Source: Acidobacteriota bacterium
GTDB lineage: Bacteria > Acidobacteriota > Thermoanaerobaculia > Multivoradales > Multivoraceae
Reading direction: 5' to 3'
Assembly: GCA_029263415.1 (NCBI GenBank)
Contig: JAJCXN010000003.1
Location: forward strand, 3,514-67,513
DNA: 64,000 nt
In this document: positions 1-9,484 of the stretch, in pieces
Numbering within the stretch: position 1 is the first letter of the stretch
Layout: every line of letters starts with the position of its first letter
Translations under genes and position numbers: made by a program
The notes under the pieces: generated by a model
Database searches by the model: none
What the model was told of the DNA's origin: nothing
Seen by the model: the letters and a program-made list of their open reading frames with translations, nothing else

Positions 1-201
1 ACAACCTGTCGGTTGGCAAGAGGGTTAGCGGCTGGCACGTCGGAGTGGGCCACATCTGACCGTCGGCAAGAACTGCGAGCGCCTTGACTCGATCACCGTG
101 AGAGCAGTTCCCATTGTTCCAGTAGCTTGCAACGACTGCGGCCGCAATGAAGGTCCAGTGCCCAAGTGCTGCGACGCCTGCGCCGGTTCCAGTTGAATCC
201 A
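1..201 (-). CDS. Hypothetical small protein, 5' portion only (ATG at 201, good GAGGAA RBS, runs off the window start). Hydrophobic N-terminus.
   Basis: Reverse-strand translation from 201 gives MDSTGTGAGVAALGHWTFIAAAVVASYWNNGNCSHGDRVKALAVLADGQMWPTPTCQPL... with no stop before position 1. The RBS GAGGAA lies 6 nt upstream of the ATG. The ORF track lists only the alternative frame 93..527. Confidence 0.3.
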
Positions 202-683
202 TGATCTGTTCCTCGACAGTAGATTGAAGTGTCCGTCACTTGTACAGGTGCGGTCAGGCGCGCATTGGATGCAGGATCTCCAAAAAAAGGTGGCGGGTGT
301 AGCGGCGCTGTCGAAAGCTGCCAGCCAAATTTTGCCGCGCTGATCTGTCTTTGACGGGCTTTCAGAAGGCCTTTCGCGACGCCGTTCCGACTGCGCGGCA
401 CCTCCGGGCGCGGCGAAACCGGCTTCAAGAGGTCCGGGGGCAAATTCGCATGATCAACCGGCTGACGCGGATCGCAAGCGCGCACCAACCGAATCAGCGG
501 CCCCACAACGATACGAAGGGGGTTCACAAACCAGAGACGAAGGATTCTTGGTCAGGCCGCATCTAACCCGGTATTAGGACGCTGCACCCAGCTCTCGAGC
601 TGGTGGCGCCCATCACCGGAGCGCCGGTCCACGCGCACTGTGCGTATCGGTTCACAACGCGCTCCACACGCGGAGTACGACTC

Positions 684-1754
684 ATGACCAGGACCCTCAA
701 GATCGCGGCCATCGCGATCACAACGTTCGCTTGTTTACTGCTCGCGGCAAGCACGGTAACAGCGCAGGAGTTCACCGAAGACTTCGACCGAGACGCCTGC
801 ACCTTCACCACCACCGGCAACAACCCCTACTTCCTGCTCCAACCAGGCCACCAAATCGTGATCGAAGGCGACGAGGATGACGAAGGCGAGATCATCACCA
901 TTCGCCATCGCATCACCGTCCTTAGCGAAACGCAGGTGATTGATGGCGTCCGCACCCGGGTGGTCGAAGAATTCGAAACCGAGGACGCCGAGCTCGTTGA
1001 GATCTCGCGCAACTTCATTGCCCACTGCCGCGAGACCGGTGCTGTGTGGTACTTCGGCGAAGATGTAGAAGACTACGAGGATGGTGAACTGGTTGGGTCC
1101 GCCGGTGAGTGGCGCGCAGGTGTGAACGGCGCAAAGGCCGGTATCTTGATGCCAGGGACCCCAACTCTCGGCGCACGCTTCTTTCAAGAAGTAGCACCTG
1201 CCGACGAAGCACTTGATCGCGCTGAGATCGTCGGCCTTGGTGGAGAACTGACGGTACCGGCTGGCACCTTCGACAATGTTCTGAAAACCGAAGAGTCCTC
1301 AGCACTGGATCCCGAGAGCCTCGCCGAGAAGTTCTACGCCTACGGCGTTGGCATCATCAAGGACGAAACGCTCGAGCTGATCAGCTACACGCCTCCTCCA
1401 TGCGTACCCAACGACACCACCCACTGCTTGAACAACGGTCGCTTTGAGGTGACCACGCAGTGGGGCGACTTCAACAGCAATCAGGGCGACGGCCACGCCA
1501 TTTTGGGCTCAGCAGACAGTGGCGAGTTCTGGTTCTTCGACTCAGACAACACCGAACTCATCGTCAAGGTTCTTGACGCTTGCAACCTCGATGGATTCAA
1601 CAACTTCTGGGTCTTTTCCAGCGCCGCCACCAACGTCGATGTCACCCTCACGGTCAGGGATACAACCTCGGGCCAGACTAAGACCTACTCCAACGATCTA
1701 GGCAATCCGTTCGAGCCGATTCTTGATACCGACGCGTTTGATACTTGCCCCTAG
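684..1754 (+). CDS. Secreted hypothetical protein with N-terminal signal peptide.
   Basis: ATG at 684 gives MTRTLKIAAIAITTFACLLLAASTVTAQ, a classic Sec signal with an AQ cleavage site. Long ORF with typical high-GC codon usage. No recognisable catalytic motif. Confidence 0.6.
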   Translation: MTRTLKIAAIAITTFACLLLAASTVTAQEFTEDFDRDACTFTTTGNNPYFLLQPGHQIVIEGDEDDEGEIITIRHRITVLSETQVIDGVRTRVVEEFETEDAELVEISRNFIAHCRETGAVWYFGEDVEDYEDGELVGSAGEWRAGVNGAKAGILMPGTPTLGARFFQEVAPADEALDRAEIVGLGGELTVPAGTFDNVLKTEESSALDPESLAEKFYAYGVGIIKDETLELISYTPPPCVPNDTTHCLNNGRFEVTTQWGDFNSNQGDGHAILGSADSGEFWFFDSDNTELIVKVLDACNLDGFNNFWVFSSAATNVDVTLTVRDTTSGQTKTYSNDLGNPFEPILDTDAFDTCP

Positions 1755-1813
1755 CAGCCTGACCCGCGACCAGCAGACCGGCGGGCCGCAACTGCGGCCC
1801 GCTAGCGAACCGC

Positions 1814-3421
1814 CTATTGCTGCGACCAAGCCGGCGGCCACTGTCGTCGTCGGTCCTTCTCGTCGACCACCAGATGCTCCGTTCCTTCGGGCAGCAGCTG
1901 CAGGGTCTTGAGAAACTCGATGATCGAGTTGCGGTCGTAGTCGTTCAGCGCTGTCCATCCGTCGGCTGATGCCTGAGCCTCACCTGCATGGGCTTCGATC
2001 GCTTCTCGCATGGTCATGAACTTGCCGTGGTGAAAGTACGGCGGTTCGTTGCCGGCGCCCCAGAGCTTCTTGGTGAGGAACTTGCAGTTGCCGTCGAAGA
2101 ACTCTGGTGTGCCCGCTCGGTGTTGATCAAGTTGCTCGCAGTTCGGGTCGTCTGGACCGGACGTAATGTCGTGCAGCTTCAGGTCGGTGTAGGCGGGAAC
2201 CCAGGTGATGTCACCGTCCTGTCGCAGCCGTGGCTGCGGCAGAAAAGCACCGTTGAGGTTGATCTTCATCTCCGGGATGTCGCCGGGCTGAGCGTTTCCG
2301 GTCGGGTTGAACGGGCTCGGCTCGGTGTAGAACCAGCCCCAGTCGTCGAGAGGGAGGGCTGACTTGTGGCAGCCGTCGCAACCGATCTGAGCGAACTTCT
2401 GTTCGCCGTTGAGAACGGCTTCCTCAATCGGCCGGTAGCGCGGAATACGGCGACCAGGCACGGCCAATGTTGTCTGATAGATCGTTGCAGCTGTGACCTC
2501 GGCGCGACTCATCTCATCGGTGAATCCGTCGCCGTCCGGGTCAGTGCCGTCGCCGAAACGCTCGGCCGTCTGGATTCCATGATGATGGTTGAACGCGTTG
2601 TTGGTGAACTCGCGCACTGAGATCACCGCCCCCACTTGATGGAACGGTCGGACGATCAGGTTCGGTGGGTCTTGTCCGTGAGCAGCAGACGACGCGGGCG
2701 GCAATCCCGTAAGGCTCGAGGTATCCCAGGTGCCATCGACGTTGCGTGCGAGGGTGCCAAAGGACACGCCTTTTGTGAGCAGCATAGCGTTGGTACCCGG
2801 TGCTATCGAAGCAGCCGTCGCTTGCATTTCCGTTGTCATCTGGCGCGCCAACATCTCGATGTAGCCCGACCCGAACATGCCTAGGGTAGCGCGGCTGTTG
2901 GCCACTTCATCAAGGGTCGGGAACTTGCCGTCCTCGTCGATCGCTCCGCGCTTGGTAATGCTGTCGTTGTGGTCGAAGGTCAAGTGGTCAAAACGCTGGC
3001 CGAGCACAAAAACGTTGGTGACGATGTCACCGCCGCCGCCTGAGCGGGGCAGGTTATGGCAGCCGCCACACGAGTTGGCATCGGGTGCCGAGATGCGGTT
3101 GGCGTTGCGCGGAAACACCAACGGGCTCGATGGATCGGCGATCGCGGCTCCAGTACCGGTGGTGAGGGGGCGTCCGCCACCCTCCTGGCGAGTCCACATC
3201 GCATTGAAGAGCTTGGCACCATGACGGATCAAGGAAATGCGATTCATCTGCATCTCGTCGCCGTCAACCAGGCGATTGCTGACCGAGATTTCTTTGCCCA
3301 GTTCGGAGTCGTCTGCCAGGAGCGGCATGGCCAGGACTGCAGTCACCAGCAAAATCGAAATAGGCAGCCACGTCTTTGGTCGGCCGATCTGTGTATGTGG
3401 TGTTTTCCTTTGTTCGAGCAA
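1814..3421 (-). CDS. Di-haem cytochrome c family protein (cytochrome c peroxidase / DUF1111-like 'thiol oxidoreductase' family), secreted.
   Basis: Two CxxCH haem-binding motifs (CGGCH and CDGCH) about 240 aa apart. Signal peptide MLEQRKTPHTQIGRPKTWLPISILLVTAVLAMPLLA. TTG start at 3421 is preceded by GAGGAG. Size (~535 aa) and two-haem layout fit the DUF1111/MauG-CCP superfamily. Confidence 0.65.
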   Translation of the reverse strand: MLEQRKTPHTQIGRPKTWLPISILLVTAVLAMPLLADDSELGKEISVSNRLVDGDEMQMNRISLIRHGAKLFNAMWTRQEGGGRPLTTGTGAAIADPSSPLVFPRNANRISAPDANSCGGCHNLPRSGGGGDIVTNVFVLGQRFDHLTFDHNDSITKRGAIDEDGKFPTLDEVANSRATLGMFGSGYIEMLARQMTTEMQATAASIAPGTNAMLLTKGVSFGTLARNVDGTWDTSSLTGLPPASSAAHGQDPPNLIVRPFHQVGAVISVREFTNNAFNHHHGIQTAERFGDGTDPDGDGFTDEMSRAEVTAATIYQTTLAVPGRRIPRYRPIEEAVLNGEQKFAQIGCDGCHKSALPLDDWGWFYTEPSPFNPTGNAQPGDIPEMKINLNGAFLPQPRLRQDGDITWVPAYTDLKLHDITSGPDDPNCEQLDQHRAGTPEFFDGNCKFLTKKLWGAGNEPPYFHHGKFMTMREAIEAHAGEAQASADGWTALNDYDRNSIIEFLKTLQLLPEGTEHLVVDEKDRRRQWPPAWSQQ

Positions 3422-3593
3422 AAACGTCTCCTCGGATGCTGGGTAGTGGCCGTGTAGATCAGTAGATTCTGACTTGCAAGAGAGTCATGAAGCGTGAATC
3501 ACCCTCTGTGGACTTGGCTGCGGGCATTGCCGTTGGTGGCCGCGATGCCCTACGCTGCAGCGGGACTATACCCTGGCACAAAGGGAGACCTAT

Positions 3594-3673
3594 GAGACAG
3601 AGGGAGACAGAGGGAGACAGAGGGAGACAAAGGAGTTGAACGAATCGGAAGAAAGAAGCAAGGACCAAACCTG
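3594..3673 (+). repeat. Dispersed intergenic repeat, copy A: tandem (AGGGAGACAG)x~4 followed by conserved core TTGAACGAATCGGAAGAAAGAAGCAAGGACCAAACCTG.
   Basis: The core recurs at 7522, 16078, 20139, 36541 (diverged) and 37866, always on the + strand. The tandem unit is read directly at 3594-3635. Confidence 0.7.
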
Positions 3674-3824
3674 TCCGGCCACTTGGTCGGGTGCGGCACC
3701 AAGCCTTCCTTGACGCTTTGTACATGAGGTACAGCAGACGACTCCGCGGTGCCTCGGCTTCTTCGGTGACAACGGTGCGCTGTGCCGAACGCAGAGGGAC
3801 AAACAACGCCAAGGGGCCACAAAG

Positions 3825-3870
3825 GTGGAGTCCACAAAAATGGAGTCCACAAAGGTGCCGCCCAAATGTT
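3825..3870 (-). repeat. Inverted copy of the 'GCTCAACATTTGG(C)GGCACCTTTGTG' sub-module of the repeat family, with a local GGAGTCCACAAA x2 tandem.
   Basis: The reverse complement of 3844-3870 matches 7611-7640 and 5272-5300 (...CTCAACATTTGG-GGCACCT-T...). Confidence 0.5.
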
Positions 3871-3901
3871 GAGCGAAGTGAGCTAAGCCAGTCTCAAGTG
3901 A

Positions 3902-4555
3902 TCACCCCTCGGCCACATCGACCCTGAGTGTCTGCATCACTAGAGGCTCACCGGGCGGCACCAACAACTGACCGACGCATTTCAAGAAGAAATCCTTCAC
4001 GGTGTTCCAATCGGCATCGCCCTCACCCGGCAGCTTTGCTTCGCGATCGGCATCATCGAAGTAGACCATTGCGCGCAACAAAAGCGAGTCGTTGATCGGC
4101 TGTCGGTACACCGTTCGGATCGCCCTGAGGGCGTCAGCGATGCCCTTCCTTTGATGCTGCAACGTCACATAGAGGTCAAAAAAGTCGCGACGTGTGCCGC
4201 GGTCAAGAATCGCGTGCAGCTTAGTCGCGAGGATGCCATCGACATTCAGCCGTCGATCCACCGTGAACTCCGCAATGTCTTCGAGCAAGAAGATAGAGAC
4301 CGGGATCGAGTTCCATCGTAAATGCACAGTGTCAGCGGATCGCTCTTGAACCTCGGTCTCTCCACTGCCTGAAAGAGCGGCCACCAACTGTTCGAGTGAC
4401 GCGCTCTCCCCTACTCCGAAGTCGACATCGCGGGTCGGTCGGTAAGGGCACAAGCAGCGAACCGCGTGGCCGCCGATCACAAACCAGTACGGCAACGGTT
4501 CGAGGACTGGCCGAAACTCCTGCGGGATGACGTCTTCGGGGCGTAGATCGCTCAC
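3902..4555 (-). CDS. Nucleotidyltransferase-fold protein, AbiEii-like (type IV TA toxin-like). Probable GTG start at 4555 overlaps the upstream stop (GTGA).
   Basis: Motif YWFVIGGHAVRCLCPYRPTRDVDF matches the hhhGG.A.....R.T.D.D NTase signature. The GTG at 4553-4555 shares nucleotides with the TGA of ORF 4552..5058, implying translational coupling. Confidence 0.5.
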   Translation of the reverse strand: MSDLRPEDVIPQEFRPVLEPLPYWFVIGGHAVRCLCPYRPTRDVDFGVGESASLEQLVAALSGSGETEVQERSADTVHLRWNSIPVSIFLLEDIAEFTVDRRLNVDGILATKLHAILDRGTRRDFFDLYVTLQHQRKGIADALRAIRTVYRQPINDSLLLRAMVYFDDADREAKLPGEGDADWNTVKDFFLKCVGQLLVPPGEPLVMQTLRVDVAEG

Positions 4556-5058
4556 CGACTGATGCCCCGCACCCGCAGCGTTGCATCCAGCAGACCGCGG
4601 CTGCGAGCCCGCCAGCCTGGCAGTCGAGCAGCTTGGTAGAGCGCGAGCCAAGGGAGGCCCGCGGCAAAGCTCAGTGCTTCTGAACCACCATAGTTGAAGC
4701 AATAGAAGGCGAGCTGGTGGCCAGGAACGGTCCCGCTAGCAGACACGTTGTAGAGAGTCTCTCTAGCTGGCGCTGGCAGTTCCGCGACCGGGAACGCACG
4801 CGTCGGCAGAAACGCCATCGCCTGGTAGATGGTTGCCCGCGCTGGCACTCGCAAGGACAGCGGCTCGCAGAAGGTTTGAAGTTCCGCCAAGACGTCTCGC
4901 ACCGGAGGCCGCTCCTGGCCGCTCAGTAACGACTCGAGCTTCGCTAGAACCCTGGGTTCTAATCGCAATTGTCCCCGGTCTCGCCGACGGCGTAAACCAT
5001 TGGAGCCAAAGCGTTTGGCGGCCCGATCGAACGACGCCTGAAGATTAAAGACGGACAT
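4552..5058 (-). CDS. Hypothetical protein, candidate cognate partner (antitoxin-like) of the downstream AbiEii-like NTase.
   Basis: ATG at 5058 (MSVFNLQASFDRAAKRF...). Same strand as the NTase gene, with a stop/start overlap. No recognisable domain. Weak RBS. Confidence 0.3.
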   Translation of the reverse strand: MSVFNLQASFDRAAKRFGSNGLRRRRDRGQLRLEPRVLAKLESLLSGQERPPVRDVLAELQTFCEPLSLRVPARATIYQAMAFLPTRAFPVAELPAPARETLYNVSASGTVPGHQLAFYCFNYGGSEALSFAAGLPWLALYQAARLPGWRARSRGLLDATLRVRGISR

Positions 5059-5236
5059 CTCCCCGAATAATACCAGACACCGGGCCAACCGATGGCATCG
5101 CGAGCGCCGGCCTCCGAGAGGCCGGGCCGGCGGGTTCGTACGCGGCCTACCCAGAGGTGCAGCTCTGGGCGGCCGCGGGAGCAGGGTCAATGCACCACAA
5201 CGCGAGTCAGGATCGATGGGTCTTTCGTTCAGAGCC

Positions 5237-5385
5237 AGCTTGGAGCTCCAACGATAATCTGGCCGCTCCAGAACCTCAACATTTGGGAGGCACCTGTACG
5301 TGGGCCTCTGTGGACCTCTGCGCCTCCGACTTGCCGTGCGTAGCTGCCGGACCATCTCTTCCGCTGTGTGGCGCTTTCTTTTCAT
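5237..5385 (-). pseudogene. Remnant of an IS3-family transposase OrfA N-terminus (HTH region), internally deleted.
   Basis: Translation MKRKRHTAEEMVRQLRTASRRRRGPQRPTYRCLPNVEVLERPDYRWSSKLAL resembles IS3-family OrfA (MKRKRFT.EEIVRKLRE...VCRELGVSEQTYYRWRKKYGG) but lacks the middle helix. The DNA is homologous to repeat modules at 7575-7642 and 3825-3870. Confidence 0.5.
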
Positions 5386-5584
5386 TGAGGACCCCTGTCC
5401 GATGAGCCCGAGGAAATTGCACACTAAACGGACAGTACGGATGCCCCAAGATCATCCGCCGATATGATCAGCCGCCTGGTCCACTTTGCCCTGAGGCTTA
5501 AGAAACAAGCTCAAGTAGTAGGGTTGCCCGAACGAACAGCTCTCCGGCGACAGAGCACTACCTTTCCCTCCCTCGCGAGCAGGT

Positions 5585-7525
5585 ATGACAACCGAACACG
5601 ATCTTCATCGTTCCGAACACAGGCTGTACCGCAGCCCGCTGATTCCTCTACGTTACAGGAACCTGTTGAGGCTGCGACTCTTGCTATTCCGAGAAGCCCC
5701 GAGCACACAAGTGCTCCAAGACCTTAGGCGCCCTCAGCTGCGCGGCCAGTTCTGGTTGCTCCGGTCCTACTTTGCCCGGCGGATCGTTGCGACGGTCCTC
5801 GAGAAGGCCCTGCCGTCACTTCTTGCAACGTGGATTGGCTTGTTTGCGCTTCACCAAGCGCTCTTGATACCCACATTTGCGAGCATAATTTTGGCGGTCG
5901 TATCAACAATCCTGCTTCTATGGATTTACTACCGTGCGATCGATGTCGACCAAATGTCTGGTCTCATGGTCGACCAAGTACCCTTCAGCAAGACCGTTCG
6001 CGTACTAGCTATTCTATCGCAGAATACACTAGTCAACGTCTCCCGGGCCAGACTTGGTCTTGACATACTGTTGGGAAACTTAGTCATCAAGTTAGCAGCT
6101 CCTCCAAAGAAGGACTTTCTGTTGCCGGTCATTCTGGAGGCAGAAAAGAAGTTCCGAAGGTACTCGGCCACGATCACGAAACAGATTCCAAAGATCACTG
6201 CTCTGGAACACCAGAAGATGGCCGCATGCGAGGCCATGGGGATACCCAAGCGTGCCCTATGCGACCACGTGCTCCACTACTCTCCCGCGCTACACAAGTT
6301 GAACTGTGACCGCTACTTTGAGGTTTCTCGGGAGTTGATCGACTTTGCGAAGATCGCGTCTCATGGCGGCAGCACTCCGGATCCGGATATCCGGGAGCAC
6401 CTGAAGGATCTGGAAGATCGCCGAGAATCCTACTCTCGACTCGTTGGAAGCCGTCATCGCTTCCTGATGGCGGTGCAGTCTCACAGCGACCTGTTAGAGG
6501 ATCTGTTGCGCCTTGCGCGAGTGAGATCGTCTACGACGGCATGTGGGCTGTACCTTAGACTTCTTTCCAGAATCGCGGCGGAGGGACTCTGCCTGGCAAG
6601 TGATCGAGAAGGTGGCCCCCGCAAGGTCGTCTCGCCCAAGCTGCACAAGTGGATGAGCGATCGCCTCGAGTTCGTCTATAGGACCCAACAAGCCTACGTC
6701 GGTGTCGACCTCCACAAAACCGCGATCAGAATCGCTCATGGTTTCACAAGCCCCTTCGAGGATTCAGACTGGACATCGCTTGCCAATGATGGGCGCGAAC
6801 TGTTGAGCGTAAAAGGAGCGACACTCGCGCCCGGCAACGAACCGCTTCTCAATTCAAGAGAGGTACACATCCAATGCCAACAACTGCTTGCCTTCGCCGA
6901 CGCCGCACGATTTCTGCTTGCCAGAGCCCAGGTCGAGGTCGGGGCCTCTCTAGGAGTTCTGCAGAAAGATGAGACTCCAGACTTCTACGTGTTACTCGGA
7001 ACCAGTCGCGTAGCTGCTGCGGCCCTCTCCACACTCAAAGGTGTCGAAGTGATCGTGGTGGCCGAGCGCGATCAGGCACACGAGGCGCTTGCTGTTCAAG
7101 AAATCATCGGCCAACGCCGCTCCGGTGCGCACGTTCGCATCGCAGGGAGAGGATTTCTCCCTGCCCTGCTTCCCAACAACGCCAAGGTTGCCATCCTTGC
7201 TGGGTGCGAGGCGTTCCTCGTGGACGAGAGTTCGACGGGTATTGAGGTTCTTTCCAAAGACTCTCAGCAAGAGTTCCGTCTCACCCTCGACGAGTTGGAG
7301 TCGCTGGCGGAACAGGACCGAATCTCCATCTGTAGCAGGGGCGTGGTTGCTGAACCCTTCAAGAAGGAAGATCTCGCCAGCAAGAAGGAAGACCTCATCA
7401 GCACGGCAACCCCGTCTAAGCGCTGGCAAGAGCGCTCGCATTTCGCGGCACTCTCAACAATTCGGCTTGAGGGCTTCTCTTGGTTGGAATCGAACAGTAC
7501 GAGTCGTTTAAGACAGGGGAGTTGA
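5585..7525 (+). CDS. Hypothetical protein (646 aa as listed) with N-terminal transmembrane helices and a large cytoplasmic domain of unknown function; visibly lower G+C than its surroundings.
   Basis: Long uninterrupted ORF. Hydrophobic segments LPSLLATWIGLFALHQALLIPTFASIILAVVSTILLLWIYY. AT-richer codon usage through ~5800-7100. No recognisable motif. True start uncertain (ATG 5585, or an internal ATG near 5953). Confidence 0.5.
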   Translation: MTTEHDLHRSEHRLYRSPLIPLRYRNLLRLRLLLFREAPSTQVLQDLRRPQLRGQFWLLRSYFARRIVATVLEKALPSLLATWIGLFALHQALLIPTFASIILAVVSTILLLWIYYRAIDVDQMSGLMVDQVPFSKTVRVLAILSQNTLVNVSRARLGLDILLGNLVIKLAAPPKKDFLLPVILEAEKKFRRYSATITKQIPKITALEHQKMAACEAMGIPKRALCDHVLHYSPALHKLNCDRYFEVSRELIDFAKIASHGGSTPDPDIREHLKDLEDRRESYSRLVGSRHRFLMAVQSHSDLLEDLLRLARVRSSTTACGLYLRLLSRIAAEGLCLASDREGGPRKVVSPKLHKWMSDRLEFVYRTQQAYVGVDLHKTAIRIAHGFTSPFEDSDWTSLANDGRELLSVKGATLAPGNEPLLNSREVHIQCQQLLAFADAARFLLARAQVEVGASLGVLQKDETPDFYVLLGTSRVAAAALSTLKGVEVIVVAERDQAHEALAVQEIIGQRRSGAHVRIAGRGFLPALLPNNAKVAILAGCEAFLVDESSTGIEVLSKDSQQEFRLTLDELESLAEQDRISICSRGVVAEPFKKEDLASKKEDLISTATPSKRWQERSHFAALSTIRLEGFSWLESNSTSRLRQGS

Positions 7526-7642
7526 ACGAATCGGAAGAAGGAGGCAACACCAAACCTGCCTCTGACGCGCCGGCTCCAGCTTGGAGCTGTCTCAGCAATC
7601 TAGCCGCTCCAAGAGCTCAACATTTGGCGGCACCTTTGTGTG
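7522..7642 (+). repeat. Dispersed intergenic repeat, copy B: core TTGAACGAATCGGAAGAAGGAGGCAACACCAAACCTGCCTCTG plus the 'CCAGCTTGGAGCT...GCTCAACATTTGGCGGCACCTTTGTG' module.
   Basis: Direct sequence identity to copies A, C and E (core) and to 5215-5300 (second module). Confidence 0.7.
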
Positions 7643-7691
7643 AGAGGCAGGGGTCAGTTGACCGCATCTACCAGGCTGGGGCGACCAGCCT

Positions 7692-8186
7692 TCACCTCTC
7701 GTTGCGATCGATTTCGGCCAGGAGCTGGCGCAGAAAAGGTAGTTGGTACTGGTCTTTCGGCCGATCCGCCTGCTCCTTGGTCTCGATGATCTTCCCGAGC
7801 CCCAGGACTCGAACCCGGATTTCGTCGACATCCAGCATGTGACAGTGGTCGACTAGGGCCTCGAACGACAGACCATCGCCAACAGTCTTCAACAAGTCAA
7901 GACGCCCACATCGGGTCTCGAGAAGATGAATCCTCATTGACGACAACCTTTCTAGATCGGGTTCGATCCGTCGGCCGGCCGGATCCAAATAAGTTGCTTC
8001 GAGACGAACAAGTGCAGATGCCAGGCGAACGTGATTCTCATCGGTAGCTTGGTAGAGGATATCGAGGTCCAAGGTGGTCAATGGCGATCCTTGGAGGATG
8101 GCCGCGATGCCACCGACGATGATGAACTCGACCTCGTGCTCTACGAGAATCGCGAGAGCTTCGTCGAACTTAAGCTCGTTGGCCAT
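7692..8186 (-). CDS. Nucleotidyltransferase-fold protein (minimal NTase, AbiEii/MNT-like), downstream gene of a two-gene TA-like module.
   Basis: MANELKFDEALAILVEHEVEFIIVGGIAAILQGSPLTTLDLDIL carries the GG.A....G..R.T.DLD NTase signature. Overlaps the upstream small ORF by 17 nt. Confidence 0.6.
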   Translation of the reverse strand: MANELKFDEALAILVEHEVEFIIVGGIAAILQGSPLTTLDLDILYQATDENHVRLASALVRLEATYLDPAGRRIEPDLERLSSMRIHLLETRCGRLDLLKTVGDGLSFEALVDHCHMLDVDEIRVRVLGLGKIIETKEQADRPKDQYQLPFLRQLLAEIDRNER

Positions 8187-8430
8187 TGAGAGCCCGAACC
8201 TCTAAGAGCCGATTCATGAGGGTTTGAGCAGCCTGAAGCCGTTCCGTCGGCGTCAGGGCCAGCCGATCGCGAATCATGCTGATGTCCCCCCAATCAAGGC
8301 CCCACTCGGAGGCCTCTAGACCCTCGTAGTCAGGGGGAAGGTCGCTGGATTCCTCCTGGAGCCTTTTGTATAACTTGCGGTCCACTGGTGCATGATACCA
8401 GCGCCCGAGCGTCCCCTGAGATCGCTCCAT
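8170..8430 (-). CDS. Small protein (~87 aa), putative partner/antitoxin of the NTase at 7692-8186.
   Basis: ATG at 8430 (MERSQGTLGRWYHAPVDRKLYKRL...TPTERLQAAQTLMNRLLEVRALNGQRA). Paralogous to the C-terminus of ORF 9481-9765 (SAAERLAMVWPLTLQSWRLSGRDL). Start could instead be 8529. Confidence 0.4.
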   Translation of the reverse strand: MERSQGTLGRWYHAPVDRKLYKRLQEESSDLPPDYEGLEASEWGLDWGDISMIRDRLALTPTERLQAAQTLMNRLLEVRALNGQRA

Positions 8431-9019
8431 TGAGACAGACGAGTGGAGCGAATCGGGGTCGACTTCCACCCGCGCGGTCGCGCTCAAAAGAAGGAGTGGA
8501 TCGCGCGCAACGCAAAAGGTGCCGCGCATTTGAGGATGTTCGTCAATGGGCAAAGCTGATCCGTGCCGAAGCTTGTGCTCGGTTGTTGCTGAGTTGAAAT
8601 CGAAGGCGTGCGGAGTCAGGCCAGCGGAGTCAGGCAAGCGCGCCCTTGGTGTATCGCTATTGATGTCGCTGAGAGTAAGCGCACCAGCCACGCATTTGGA
8701 TCTAGGCTGATCGAAGCCCCAGACGAGTTACGCCCCAGACGGCGGGAGCCGCCCCAGAAACCACTCGGTACCCAATCTCGTCCAGGGTTCGTCCAGGGGT
8801 CAACAGATGAATGGCTCGATCAGCATGGCCGATCGCCCAGCTCCCGGTCGGCTCGAGATTGGGTAAAGCTACCCCGGGAAGCTTCCCGCAGGAAAAGGCG
8901 AAGGCGTCGCTAGCGTCGTCTAAGTGGCCACAAGCAACTCGAAAAGCACGCACGAACTCACGCTAGATTTCGCGCCACTCCTTTCTCGGAGTTCTGTTGG
9001 ACTCGTGGAATGCAACGCC

Positions 9020-9484
9020 CTATTCCTTCTCTCGCAGCAGGTCGGCGTCAACAAGATCCTTCGCGCGACCCGCGGCCAGTTTGTTGGCCAGCAGCTGTCC
9101 CCGCGCGAGCACCGGCAGCTCCATGCCATCGATCGACACTCGGATAGCGGTACGTTCTGCTTCTTCCCAGTCAACACCGCTGATAGCTGTCAACAAATCA
9201 ATTCTTCGGGGAGGAACTCCGAGCTGGTACACCGTGCCCGCAATCTCGAAATCAGCCGCGGTGACACCATGAATTTCGACTGGCGCACCGAACTCCACGA
9301 GAGCCTCGAAAGCACGCTGGGCATTCTCAGGCTCCGGAACGATCAACAGGTCGAGATCCCCGGTCGCTCGCGGCACTCCGTGCACGGCGAGAGCGTGCGC
9401 ACCTACGACTACAAACCTTACGTTCCCCTCAATCAGCTCGAAGAGCAAGTCTCGAAAGTCCTGGTGCAGGACCGGCTCGTTCAA
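9020..9484 (-). CDS. Nucleotidyltransferase-fold protein, paralog of 7692-8186. Probable TTG start at 9484 overlaps the upstream stop (TTGA).
   Basis: FVVVGAHALAVHGVPRATGDLDLLIV motif. Plus-strand TCAA at 9481-9484 is the reverse complement of TTGA, so a TTG start would overlap the TGA of ORF 9481-9765. That start gives an N-terminal length matching the paralog. Confidence 0.55.
   Translation of the reverse strand: MNEPVLHQDFRDLLFELIEGNVRFVVVGAHALAVHGVPRATGDLDLLIVPEPENAQRAFEALVEFGAPVEIHGVTAADFEIAGTVYQLGVPPRRIDLLTAISGVDWEEAERTAIRVSIDGMELPVLARGQLLANKLAAGRAKDLVDADLLREKE

Noticed and set aside
93-527. 144-aa minus-strand ORF at the window start.
   Set aside because: Arg/Pro-rich low-complexity translation typical of an off-frame high-GC ORF. 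The alternative frame starting at 201 with a good RBS is more plausible, though still uncertain.
3594-3635. Short tandem repeats (9-10-nt units at 3594, 20080, 56191) as possible CRISPR arrays.
   Set aside because: Units are contiguous with no unique spacers and are far shorter than CRISPR repeats. No cas genes in the window.
7780-7830. tRNA-like T-arm (GGGTTCGAGTCC on the minus strand).
   Set aside because: Lies inside the NTase coding sequence 7692-8186. The T-stem pairs imperfectly. No D-arm or anticodon arm, and no 3' acceptor complement nearby.
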